Source: a virus
Taxonomy: Duplodnaviria; Caudoviricetes
IMG/VR virus record: IMGVR_UViG_3300033067_002132
Location: 129,746 to 193,745 of that record
Reading direction: 5' to 3' (one strand)
DNA length: 64,000 bases
The position numbers were made by a program, and so were the translations under genes. The notes beneath the pieces were generated by a model. The model worked only from the letters and a program-made list of their open reading frames with translations, did no database searches and was not told the DNA's origin. Shown piece after piece: positions 39,421 to 48,913 of this stretch; position 1 is the stretch's first letter, and each line of letters begins with the position of its first letter.

Positions 39421-40491
39421 CTACTTTGAATTATATTCTCTAAAAATTAATTTAACATCATTATCTAACATACGTTCTACTAAATTTTCAAAATCAATTT
39501 TTTGTTTCCATTCTAATTCATTTTTTATTTTTGTAGAATCTCCTATTAATAAATCTACTTCTGCTGGACGATAAAATTTTGGATCTATTTCGATTAAAAC
39601 TTTACCATCACAAATAAATTTTTCTTCTAATCCTTCACCTTGCCATTCGCCTAAAATATTTAAATATTTTAATGATATATTAATAAAATCTTTTATAGAA
39701 TGAGTTTTACCACTAGATAATACATATTCTTTTTGTTTATTATCCCAAATTTTACTATAAATATCCTGATTTAACATTCTCCAATTTCCATCAACAAAAT
39801 CTAATACATGGCTCCAATCTCTTTTACTATAAATATTTCCTAATTTAATAGGTTCGATTTTATCAAATTTTCCAGAATATATATGTAAAAAGATTAATGC
39901 TAAATTAGAGGTAATTTTTCTTGTTACAAACTCTTTTCCTCTTCGTTCCGATTCATGATTAAAAGACCAAGGCTGTATAGCGTACATGCCGTAACTTTCT
40001 CTATAAACCTTTACCAACTGGCGGGCCGCTATTTTAGACGCGCCATAAGGGCTTCTAGCGCGTAAGGGATGGCTTTCTGTTTGTGGACTAAACTGTACAT
40101 CGCCGAATTCTTCTGAAGATCCTGCATTTAAGTATCTAGTATTAGGAGAATATTTTCTTATTGCTTCTAATTGTCTTAATACTCCTAAACAATTATAATT
40201 CATATGTTGTTCAGGTAAATTCCAACTACCTCCAACAAAAGAATTCGCGGCAAAATTAAGAAAATAATCAGGTTTATATTTATCAATTAATGTATTAATT
40301 GAATTAGCATCACCTAAATCCATTGTTTCTAATATAAAATTAGGATTAGATTTAATTTCTTCTATATTTAAATGATTCGGCACACTTAATCTTCTTATAG
40401 TTCCTATTACTCTATGACCCTCTTTTAATAGAAACTCCGCAAAATAAGATCCCATTTGACCCGTAACGCCTGTAACAATACTCGTTTTCAT
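39421..40491 (-). CDS. gmd: GDP-mannose 4,6-dehydratase
   Basis: TGVTGQMGSY, AANSFV, SPYGASK, FNHESERRG.EFVTRKI, RDWSH, YRPAEVDLLIGD. Confidence 0.93.
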   Translation of the reverse strand: MKTSIVTGVTGQMGSYFAEFLLKEGHRVIGTIRRLSVPNHLNIEEIKSNPNFILETMDLGDANSINTLIDKYKPDYFLNFAANSFVGGSWNLPEQHMNYNCLGVLRQLEAIRKYSPNTRYLNAGSSEEFGDVQFSPQTESHPLRARSPYGASKIAARQLVKVYRESYGMYAIQPWSFNHESERRGKEFVTRKITSNLALIFLHIYSGKFDKIEPIKLGNIYSKRDWSHVLDFVDGNWRMLNQDIYSKIWDNKQKEYVLSSGKTHSIKDFINISLKYLNILGEWQGEGLEEKFICDGKVLIEIDPKFYRPAEVDLLIGDSTKIKNELEWKQKIDFENLVERMLDNDVKLIFREYNSK

Positions 40492-40493
40492 AT

Positions 40494-41120
40494 TTATATT
40501 TTAATTGCGCCCCAAATACCTGAATAATATCCAAAATCTTTAAATCTTTTATCATCTCTAACAAATTGATTTACCGCATCTCTTAAACCTTCAAAACCTC
40601 CATTTGGATCATCGGGATTAGGATAATCATGACCAATCATTAATCCGCCATGTTTTAATTTATCATACCATTTATTAATATCTTCTTTTACATTTTCATA
40701 ATCATGAGCACCATCTATATAGATTAAATCAGCGGTTTCATTTTCATGATCGTTAACTCTAACTAAAGAGGGTCCTTTTTGGATATTAATTCTATCTAAG
40801 AAACCAAATTTTATTAAATTCATTTTAAAATCTTCTAAAAAATGGTCTTCATCCCAAACGAAAGGATCTATACAATAAATTTCAGTATTATCCTTATCTG
40901 TTGTTAAAGCCCAAAGACAAGCAGATTTTCCACGAAAACTACCTATTTCTACTATTTTTCCTTGACTGCATAAACCAATAGTATATAAAAGAACAAATTG
41001 ATTGGGAAGTAACCAACCTTTTATTGTATCTAATGCTTGTAAATTTTGTACTAAAGTTTTTTGATCTAATTGTGTCGCTATTTTTAGATATTTATTAAAT
41101 AAGCCTAATTGAGAAATCAT
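40494..41120 (-). CDS. Class I SAM O-methyltransferase (Methyltransf_24-like)
   Basis: VEIGSFRGKS, IYIDGAHDYE, GGLMIGHDY. Confidence 0.85.
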   Translation of the reverse strand: MISQLGLFNKYLKIATQLDQKTLVQNLQALDTIKGWLLPNQFVLLYTIGLCSQGKIVEIGSFRGKSACLWALTTDKDNTEIYCIDPFVWDEDHFLEDFKMNLIKFGFLDRINIQKGPSLVRVNDHENETADLIYIDGAHDYENVKEDINKWYDKLKHGGLMIGHDYPNPDDPNGGFEGLRDAVNQFVRDDKRFKDFGYYSGIWGAIKI

Positions 41121-41908
41121 AATGTATGTAATATTGGAATATTTTGCCCTGTTTTTCTAAAAAAGTTTTCATTCCATTCTAATCCGTTTTGACCCCATCG
41201 AAAACTACAACCAGCACCATTTGCAAAATGTTTTTCTTGATATTCAATTTTCTTTTTACTAATATTATTATTTAACCACGTATAATGTAAAGGGTTACAA
41301 ATAGTTTTTGGAACGGTTAAAGTCGTTAATTGTTTATAATCAACTCTATAATTAGATAAAGGGACACAATATTCTATATCGTTATCCCAATAAAAATGAT
41401 TTAATTTCAATCCGTTTATATTTGTTCTAAATATTCTTGGGGGTTTAAATCCATTAATATAAGTTTTTTCATTAAAAACTAGATTTTTGAATTCTATACT
41501 AAACCAATGAATAAAAGCCTCATTTTCTATATAACTAACAGTCCTTTTAATTTCATCTAAACTATAGACTTCATCTAAATCTAAAAGCCAGATAAAATCA
41601 CAATCTTGTGATATAAGATAATTTAATCCTTTATTTCTAATTTCTGATTCAGTTTGAAAAATATTTATTCTATTTAAATCTTCATAATCATTTTGTAAAT
41701 AAATAAAATCTAAAGAAGATTGTTCTTTTATTAATTTTTGTGTTTCTTGATCGTTATCTTTATATCCATTTAAATGGTGTTCTAAAAACTGACCATGAAC
41801 AACAGCAATTTTTAATGAATTTAAATTTTTATATTCTAACCAAGGATCTAAAACTGTATTAAAATATTCAGGTGTTCCATAAGCGCAGACTAATAATCCT
41901 ATTTTCAT
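41117..41908 (-). CDS. GT2/GT-A glycosyltransferase
   Basis: IRNKGL...WLLDLDE, PRIF, HYTW. Confidence 0.7.
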   Translation of the reverse strand: MKIGLLVCAYGTPEYFNTVLDPWLEYKNLNSLKIAVVHGQFLEHHLNGYKDNDQETQKLIKEQSSLDFIYLQNDYEDLNRINIFQTESEIRNKGLNYLISQDCDFIWLLDLDEVYSLDEIKRTVSYIENEAFIHWFSIEFKNLVFNEKTYINGFKPPRIFRTNINGLKLNHFYWDNDIEYCVPLSNYRVDYKQLTTLTVPKTICNPLHYTWLNNNISKKKIEYQEKHFANGAGCSFRWGQNGLEWNENFFRKTGQNIPILHTL

Positions 41909-41909
41909 A

Positions 41910-43079
41910 TTAATAATAAGCTAACCATTGACCTTTAAATTCAGGATTTGATTTAATAATATTTTTTTTATAGGTCCAAGCTGAAATTAAACATGTTGTT
42001 AAATCGTTTTCTTCTTTTAATAAAGTTCCTTTAGGATAAATAGGAACCGCAACCTGTGGTATAAATTTATTTTGTCTTATAGGTGAATCATCTATCACGT
42101 ATTCAAAATTAATATCTTTAAAATGATTTAAAAATGTATTACATTCTCCACTAGCACCAAAAGCTATATTTCTTTTAGATTTAATTAATTTTCTAATAAT
42201 AGGATTATTATATCTATCATCATATATAAATTGTAATTTTTTAAAATCTTTTATCCATAATTTAATATTATTTAAATCTTGTTTAGGTTCTTCTTTTTTA
42301 AATTTTATTCTTAGTAATCCACCATGAAACGGTAATACTTCTGATGAAATATAATTAAAACCTATTTTTCCTAAACATATTTTTAATGATTCTTCTGAAT
42401 GAGAAACTAAATGTTCTATATAAAAATCTGTATATCTATTTATTTTTAAAGCGGGTTCTATTGATTTTACTTCTAACCAAAATTCACCATTATCTTTTAA
42501 AGCTAAAAAAACTGCCTCAAAAGCATCTTTTAAAGATTCAAAATGAGAAAAACAATTAGATCCAGAAAATACATCAAATTTTCCTATAAGATTATTTTTT
42601 ACAATACATTCTTTATTTAGTGGTTGGTTTAATAAAGCCCAATTTGTTTTATTATTATTTAATTTTGCATTTCGTGCGACATCAGACGGATCAATTCCTA
42701 TAAGTGTCCAGTTTAAAGGTAGTTGATTTAATAAAACCCCATCATTCGAACCACATTCACCAAATACTATATTTTTTTCTTTATCGTATTGAGAGATATA
42801 TAATTTAGATAAAGATTCAAAATGTTTTACTAATCCACCAATAGTAGAAGAAGAATAATTATATTTACTATATAAATCATCTATAGATAGACTTTCTCTG
42901 CAAAATACCGTACCACAATCTAAACATTGTAAAAAATGAAATGGATATAAAATAGCTTTTTTTGCGTCTTCTTTTGTATTAGAAAATTCTCCTGCTAATG
43001 GCATATTATCCATATGAAAAACTTCTTCTATATTAGAAGATTCACAACAAACGCATCTTTTTAAATTATTATATTTCAT
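41910..43079 (-). CDS. NDP-sugar C-methyltransferase (Zn-binding)
   Basis: CVCC...MPLA...CLDCG, ECGSNDG, GIDPS, FYIEH, HGG, AFGAS, VIDDSPIRQNKFIP. Confidence 0.8.
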   Translation of the reverse strand: MKYNNLKRCVCCESSNIEEVFHMDNMPLAGEFSNTKEDAKKAILYPFHFLQCLDCGTVFCRESLSIDDLYSKYNYSSSTIGGLVKHFESLSKLYISQYDKEKNIVFGECGSNDGVLLNQLPLNWTLIGIDPSDVARNAKLNNNKTNWALLNQPLNKECIVKNNLIGKFDVFSGSNCFSHFESLKDAFEAVFLALKDNGEFWLEVKSIEPALKINRYTDFYIEHLVSHSEESLKICLGKIGFNYISSEVLPFHGGLLRIKFKKEEPKQDLNNIKLWIKDFKKLQFIYDDRYNNPIIRKLIKSKRNIAFGASGECNTFLNHFKDINFEYVIDDSPIRQNKFIPQVAVPIYPKGTLLKEENDLTTCLISAWTYKKNIIKSNPEFKGQWLAYY

Positions 43080-43080
43080 A

Positions 43081-43542
43081 TTATCTATAATTATCCGCCC
43101 AAGCTAATTTAAAATCATCATTTTGACCCGCCCAATGAAATCTATAATCATCACCTAAAGATTCCTTAATAGATAGATTAGAATAAAATTGAAGAACAGT
43201 ATTATCATCTAAACTTTTAAATCCATTTGCATATCCTTCAGGAATATATAAAATACTTGGAGAATATTCAGATAACGTAAATTTATAAATATTTTGACTA
43301 TCTGCTCCTCCAGATTTCCAATTTTCTACTTTATAACAAATAATATAAGCAGAACCAACTAATACTTCTACCCATTTTTTTTCATGTTTATGAGCATGAA
43401 AACCTCTTATATAATCTTTTTTATGATTTCTAACTGTATATTTTCTTTTTATATTATCTAAAGAAAAATCATTTACAAAAGAAACAATACCTCTATCATC
43501 ACAAGAAAGGCCACCCTTAATTAAAATTGGTTTTTCTTCCAT
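43081..43542 (-). CDS. Cupin NDP-sugar epimerase/isomerase (RmlC-like)
   Basis: DDRG, RGFHAH, LYIPEGYANGF. Confidence 0.8.
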   Translation of the reverse strand: MEEKPILIKGGLSCDDRGIVSFVNDFSLDNIKRKYTVRNHKKDYIRGFHAHKHEKKWVEVLVGSAYIICYKVENWKSGGADSQNIYKFTLSEYSPSILYIPEGYANGFKSLDDNTVLQFYSNLSIKESLGDDYRFHWAGQNDDFKLAWADNYR

Positions 43543-43543
43543 A

Positions 43544-44578
43544 CTATATAATAGATGTTAGTTTTTTATTTTCTAATTCTTTTATAATTTCTTGTTTTGC
43601 AGGAAAATTATTGTTAATATATGGTTTATGTAAATCAAAATAATAATGATTATTATAAAATGGATTTTTCCAATCTATTATTCTATTGTCATTTAATATT
43701 TTTAACCATTCTTTAATACAATCATCATAATTTAAATAATTACAAAAATTTAATTCTTTTTTTGCTTTACTACTATCTACTCTATAATTTCTTTGATCTT
43801 CTGTAGGAATATCTGTTTCAATAATTTTTGCATCGGGAATATATTTATTTATTCTTTTCGCCATATCTAATATTGTAAGATTTTCTCCACCTAAATTATA
43901 TATTCCAGTTTTATCAACGCTATCAATAATACTTTTCATAATTTGAAAAGCAACATCATTAACATCAAGAATTGGTCTATATTGATTTCCTCCAAAAACA
44001 GTTAATTTCTTTTCATAAAAAGCTTTAAATACTAATAAATTACCAACTAAATCCATTCTAGGTCTTGTAAAATTATCTCCTTGACCATATAAAGTACCTA
44101 ATCTAAAAATTAATGCATTTTTATTTATTAAATATTTTTCTGCTTCGACTTTAGATTCTGCATATAAACTTAATGGATTAACAGGACTTTCTTCAGTAAT
44201 TATACTATCATTTTTACCATAAACAGAACATGAAGAAGTGAAAATTATTTTTCCATTGTAATTTTCTGATAGAAATTTAACCGTATCACGATTTATTTCT
44301 AAAGATATTTCTGGATGAATAGTACATGCCCCATCTCCAACATGCGCTGCCAACCAAACAATAGTATCATAATTATTTATATGTTTACTTAATAATTTAT
44401 AATCTCTAACATCACCATAAATAAATGATAATCCCTTTTTAAAATAAAAATTATTAAAACATAATGAATCGTATACTGTTACATTTTCTATATTATGATT
44501 CATTACAGGATCTAATAAATCGGTTAATAATCCGCCAATATATCCTGCGCCACCTACGATTAAGACTTTATGTTTCAT
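43544..44578 (-). CDS. NAD-dependent sugar epimerase/dehydratase (extended SDR)
   Basis: GGAGYIG, SSCSVYG, YAESK, FRLGTLYG. Confidence 0.85.
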   Translation of the reverse strand: MKHKVLIVGGAGYIGGLLTDLLDPVMNHNIENVTVYDSLCFNNFYFKKGLSFIYGDVRDYKLLSKHINNYDTIVWLAAHVGDGACTIHPEISLEINRDTVKFLSENYNGKIIFTSSCSVYGKNDSIITEESPVNPLSLYAESKVEAEKYLINKNALIFRLGTLYGQGDNFTRPRMDLVGNLLVFKAFYEKKLTVFGGNQYRPILDVNDVAFQIMKSIIDSVDKTGIYNLGGENLTILDMAKRINKYIPDAKIIETDIPTEDQRNYRVDSSKAKKELNFCNYLNYDDCIKEWLKILNDNRIIDWKNPFYNNHYYFDLHKPYINNNFPAKQEIIKELENKKLTSII

Positions 44579-45363
44579 ACTTTTGAAAAAATATTAATTT
44601 TATCTCTAAATTCTTCTATTGTCAAACCAGTTTTATGAGTAAAATATTCTCTACCGCTTCTTCTTTTTGATATATAATCTAATTTTTTATTTGTTTGTGA
44701 AATTCCATGATAAACATATGATTTATTTGAAATAATAAATTTAAATTTTTCTTTATGTTTTTTCCATAATCTATATGCAAAATAATCATCTAATCCATAT
44801 CCAGGATACCATCCCATATCTATATTATCTGAATAACCATTAACATTTAAATAATCTTCTCTCGTAACCATTATAGGATGTGAATATCCTATAATTTTAT
44901 CTTCTTTTAAATATTTATTATTTTTTACATTCTCAATAAATTTTTTATATGTATTTAATTCGGAAACTTCTCCTAAATTATCTACGGTTACTATAGGATT
45001 ATTTGTACCATATGGTTCTACTAATGCGCAGCTAGCACTACAAGGATAATTATTTTTAATTATATTAATTAAATCTTTATCCCATCCTTTATGAAATAAC
45101 ATATCATCGTTTGTATTTAATACATATTGATGATTATGCGCAAAAGGAAGAGAACAATCTACAGCAGGAACACCATAATTATGATATAAAACAATAAATG
45201 ATGTTTTATTTTCATATAAAAAATCTATAGATTCTTTATCTGCTTCGTTTAAAGTAACAACAATAGAAAAATCTGAATCTGTATTGTCTTCTATAGATTT
45301 AATACAAGATTTAAGTAGATTAGGACTTTTCCAAGAACATAATTGTATTAATATATCGTTCAT
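44575..45363 (-). CDS. GT2 glycosyltransferase
   Basis: LKSCIKSI, NTNDDM, GLDD, VYHG. Confidence 0.72.
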   Translation of the reverse strand: MNDILIQLCSWKSPNLLKSCIKSIEDNTDSDFSIVVTLNEADKESIDFLYENKTSFIVLYHNYGVPAVDCSLPFAHNHQYVLNTNDDMLFHKGWDKDLINIIKNNYPCSASCALVEPYGTNNPIVTVDNLGEVSELNTYKKFIENVKNNKYLKEDKIIGYSHPIMVTREDYLNVNGYSDNIDMGWYPGYGLDDYFAYRLWKKHKEKFKFIISNKSYVYHGISQTNKKLDYISKRRSGREYFTHKTGLTIEEFRDKINIFSKV

Positions 45364-46232
45364 ATTTTTATCATTTTAAAATCACTAACCCAAACTTCTA
45401 AATCCATAATATCTTTTCTTATTTCAGATGGATCTATATTTAATACAACCATTTTATAAAAATTATTTAATAATCTATTGTTATTTATTCCTAATTTAAT
45501 TATATGATGTAAATTATTATAATTTTCTTTTAAATATTTTTCTAAAGAATTTATAGTAAAATCAAGATTTAATACTTTTTTACATACAATTCTTAATGTT
45601 TTTCTTAAGGTTTCTTGATTAAAAAAAGACTCTCTATCTTTATAATATAGAAGAACATGATTAGATCTATCATATACATAATAATATTTAATATCATGTA
45701 ATATCCATTCTTTATCTGTGCGATATCTATTAGAATATAGATTTTTATTTAAAATATCTTTAAAAGGAAAATCAGTATTTCCTAAAATATCTACATAATT
45801 ATTTTGAGCATTATGTAATCCCCAATGTGGAGTTCCCAAAAAAAACATATCTTCATTATATTCAGCAAGACAAATTTTACTTGCTTGAACTACTGTTTTG
45901 ATATTTTGTGAAGAAAAAGTATTACAAATATTATGAATTTGATTAGATAATTCTAAACCAATTCTTTCAGATGAATCTCTTAAAATAAACCAATCTCCAG
46001 GTTCCATTATTCCACAACGAAGAAATTCATTCATTTGAAAATCATGATCATTTGTCCATTTTCTATAAATAACAGAACCATTTTTTTTACGTTGATTTAA
46101 AATATCACAAGTTTTATCTTTACTTCCGCCATCTACAAAAATAAGACCATCTAAATTTTGCCAAATATCTTTTGTTAACTCGTCTATTTGTATTTCTTCG
46201 TTTTGTGTGATTCCGCAAAGGTAAATTTTCAT
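45360..46232 (-). CDS. GT2/GT-A glycosyltransferase
   Basis: FVDGGSKDKT, WFILRDSSE, PHWG. Confidence 0.65.
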   Translation of the reverse strand: MKIYLCGITQNEEIQIDELTKDIWQNLDGLIFVDGGSKDKTCDILNQRKKNGSVIYRKWTNDHDFQMNEFLRCGIMEPGDWFILRDSSERIGLELSNQIHNICNTFSSQNIKTVVQASKICLAEYNEDMFFLGTPHWGLHNAQNNYVDILGNTDFPFKDILNKNLYSNRYRTDKEWILHDIKYYYVYDRSNHVLLYYKDRESFFNQETLRKTLRIVCKKVLNLDFTINSLEKYLKENYNNLHHIIKLGINNNRLLNNFYKMVVLNIDPSEIRKDIMDLEVWVSDFKMIKI

Positions 46233-46233
46233 A

Positions 46234-47025
46234 TTAAATAATCGGTTTTAATAACAGATCTAATTTTTTATAATTTATATCAACTTCTAATTCTTGATTA
46301 TCTATATCATAAGCTTTATATTTATTTTCTAAAGCCCAAGTTAAAATATTTTGATGTCTAGGACCAAACCATTCTATTTGAATAAAAGGCTTATCTCTTT
46401 TGATTAAATTTAAAATAGTATTTAAAACTTCTAAATCGTATCCTTCACAATCTATTTTAATAAAAGAAATTACATTATCAGAAACGTATTCACTATAATG
46501 ATTATTAAAATTTAATCCGGGAAGATAATGTTTTTCTGCATATCCAGAACCATCTGTTTTAATAGAAAATAAAGAAGTATATTTAGAAGGACCACCATTT
46601 GTCATTCCTACTTCATATTGAAATTCAAAAAAACCATCTTGTTCCATTAAAGCAATATTAAATGGTAAAACATTAGTACATTTATTTATTTGAAGATTCG
46701 GTATTAAAACTTGATTAAATGCTTGACTAGGTTCAAAACATAAAACCTTTCCATTTTTATTTAAAATGGACATTGGAATAGTAGTATTTCCATTTCCTGC
46801 GCCTATATCTAAACATACTGATCCATTTTTTATAAGATTTTTCCATCTATTTATAAAAAGATAATAATCATTTATATAATATTGATGTTCTAATAATTCT
46901 TTATCTTCTTCATACCGTCTATTCCAATGAAAAAATTCTATAGTTTTTAAAGTATTTTCATCAAAAAATTTTTCTAAATGAGTAAAAAATCTATTATTAT
47001 GAATTTTTATTAATTCTGTCTTCAT
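46234..47025 (-). CDS. FkbM family methyltransferase
   Basis: LDIGAGNG, FEP, IKIDCEGYD. Confidence 0.88.
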   Translation of the reverse strand: MKTELIKIHNNRFFTHLEKFFDENTLKTIEFFHWNRRYEEDKELLEHQYYINDYYLFINRWKNLIKNGSVCLDIGAGNGNTTIPMSILNKNGKVLCFEPSQAFNQVLIPNLQINKCTNVLPFNIALMEQDGFFEFQYEVGMTNGGPSKYTSLFSIKTDGSGYAEKHYLPGLNFNNHYSEYVSDNVISFIKIDCEGYDLEVLNTILNLIKRDKPFIQIEWFGPRHQNILTWALENKYKAYDIDNQELEVDINYKKLDLLLKPII

Positions 47026-47825
47026 TATATTTTTAATCTATGTAAAAAGCTTTTTTCATTAAAATGTGTATCTTCTAATGGAACAAAAACATTTTTTCCA
47101 CATTCAATTTTCCAGTGATCCGCCCAAAACTCTTTATTTCTTTTGATTCTATTTTGTATATCTAAATATCCTGTATGTACAACAAAAGGATAATTGTCAT
47201 TTTTAATTAAAAATAATTTTTCATTTATAGATAAAAATGGATCTATTAATGGATAATAATTTACTAAATTACCATTTGAATCTATTAATTCACAAGTATC
47301 ACTTTGATTTATATCTACATTCTGACCATTATTAATTTTAGCATAATTAACAGGGCCACGAAATAATCCTTCTTTATGAAGATACCATTTTTGATTTATA
47401 GCGCGACAATGTTCTTTATCTTTATATAAATCTATAACAGGAATTAGAAAAGATTTTATATTTTCTTTATTAATTAATTCATTAGCTAAATTTTTCCATA
47501 TATTTTTTTGATAAAATGGAATATATTCATCTAAATCTAATTGTATTTTAATAGGATTTGTGGTAGCTTGTAATGCAATATTTTTTAATTTTCCATCAAG
47601 AAAAGGATCAGAATATGATACATCTGATTCTATTATTCTTATATTTATTAATTGTTTTTCTGATATATAATTTTTAATCTGATTTAAAGTATCATCTTTT
47701 GATTTATTAATACATAATATGACTTCTTCACTAAATAAACATGCATTATCTATAAAAGATTTATAATCAAAATTACAATTAATAACATTAAAAGCGGAAG
47801 TATAAATAGAAAAATTTAATGACAT
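47025..47825 (-). CDS. GT2 glycosyltransferase
   Basis: SKDDT, KNIALQA, QLDLDE, HTGY. Confidence 0.72.
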   Translation of the reverse strand: MSLNFSIYTSAFNVINCNFDYKSFIDNACLFSEEVILCINKSKDDTLNQIKNYISEKQLINIRIIESDVSYSDPFLDGKLKNIALQATTNPIKIQLDLDEYIPFYQKNIWKNLANELINKENIKSFLIPVIDLYKDKEHCRAINQKWYLHKEGLFRGPVNYAKINNGQNVDINQSDTCELIDSNGNLVNYYPLIDPFLSINEKLFLIKNDNYPFVVHTGYLDIQNRIKRNKEFWADHWKIECGKNVFVPLEDTHFNEKSFLHRLKI

Positions 47826-47971
47826 AAAATAAAAACTCCACCGAATAATTAAAATAATAAAATAGTTTTAGCAGGTGGAGTTTGACTGATCACAATTAAT
47901 ATGTAGTCTATAATTTTGCTAACTTCATTTTATTATTATCTAGAATTATCTAGGTATATTATATTACACTT
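47826..47971 (-). promoter_or_regulatory. GTGTAA motif (47964-47969) and structured leader of the sugar operon
   Basis: AAGTGTAATAT; 10-bp inverted repeat 47833-47842 / 47874-47883 whose 3' arm carries GGAG 10 nt before the ATG. Confidence 0.5.
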
Positions 47972-47985
47972 CTCTTATAAAAAAT

Positions 47986-48486
47986 CTATATTTTTTGAGC
48001 AAGAAAAATTTCTTTTCTTATTTTTCTTAGTTCTTCTATCCAGAATATAGCTTTTTCTCTAGAGAATCCTGCTTTTTTTAATCCGTTTTGAATAGTTACT
48101 AAATGTTGCGTTGTATATTCTTTATTAAAGAATCCACAAAGAACAAGATTAAATTTCGCAGCTTTTTCATTAAAGGCATAATTAGTTATTAATTCACCAT
48201 TCTTTAATGTAGGTATTTTATTTAGAAGATCACTTATAGAAGTAGAAATATAAAGTTTTTCTTTTAGAGAAATGTCGGTATTTTTTACATTTTTAATAAT
48301 TAATAAAATAGGATATAATTCATTGGAAAATCGTAAAATTTCTTTAATAGTAAATTTATCTATAATATTATGAATTAAATTATAAAAATCTTCATTTTCT
48401 TCACAAAGACTTTTTAATTTATTAATATCTAAAGATAATTTTTCAGATAATAATTGATAATCTTTATCTGTTATCAGATTGTTCAT
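47986..48486 (-). CDS. Hypothetical protein
   Basis: Intact ORF; start likely ATG 48486. Confidence 0.55.
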   Translation of the reverse strand: MNNLITDKDYQLLSEKLSLDINKLKSLCEENEDFYNLIHNIIDKFTIKEILRFSNELYPILLIIKNVKNTDISLKEKLYISTSISDLLNKIPTLKNGELITNYAFNEKAAKFNLVLCGFFNKEYTTQHLVTIQNGLKKAGFSREKAIFWIEELRKIRKEIFLAQKI

Positions 48487-48820
48487 TGTTAGATGGTACT
48501 TTCTTTGGTAAAGTATTTCCACTTAAATAAGCTTTTATCCAAGAAATATCAGTTCTTAATGTACTTACTTCTGCTATTACTTGCTCTAATTTAGTAATTC
48601 TTAAATCAAAATTTGCATATCTAATATTATTATCTTTTAAATCAGACATATTTGATAAAACAGATTCTATTTGTCTTTCACTACTAGAAATTCTCTTATC
48701 AAGAACATCTATGGTAAATGTCCATTTAGAAGTAAACCATACACCACTAATTAACCAACTTAGCAATATAACTATATGCCAAATATTAATTTTAAAAAAA
48801 TCGTTAATTGTATTTTTCAT
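48464..48820 (-). CDS. Small protein with one transmembrane helix and a coiled coil (holin/spanin-like candidate)
   Basis: IWHIVILLSWLISGVWF then heptad-rich region; GTGTAA motif at 48838-48843. Confidence 0.5.
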   Translation of the reverse strand: MKNTINDFFKINIWHIVILLSWLISGVWFTSKWTFTIDVLDKRISSSERQIESVLSNMSDLKDNNIRYANFDLRITKLEQVIAEVSTLRTDISWIKAYLSGNTLPKKVPSNNEQSDNR

Positions 48821-48913
48821 ATCCTATGTACATTAGTTTACACTTTATATAAAAAATATACATTTAATGATTGGTTGCATGTTTTTTATTTATTAAATAA
48901 TAAGTTAAGTGTA

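Noticed and set aside
162-47825. Bacterial O-antigen/capsule locus
   Set aside because: No flippase, polymerase, ABC exporter or undecaprenyl-phosphate priming transferase; the GTs appear soluble and are embedded among phage tail and replication genes
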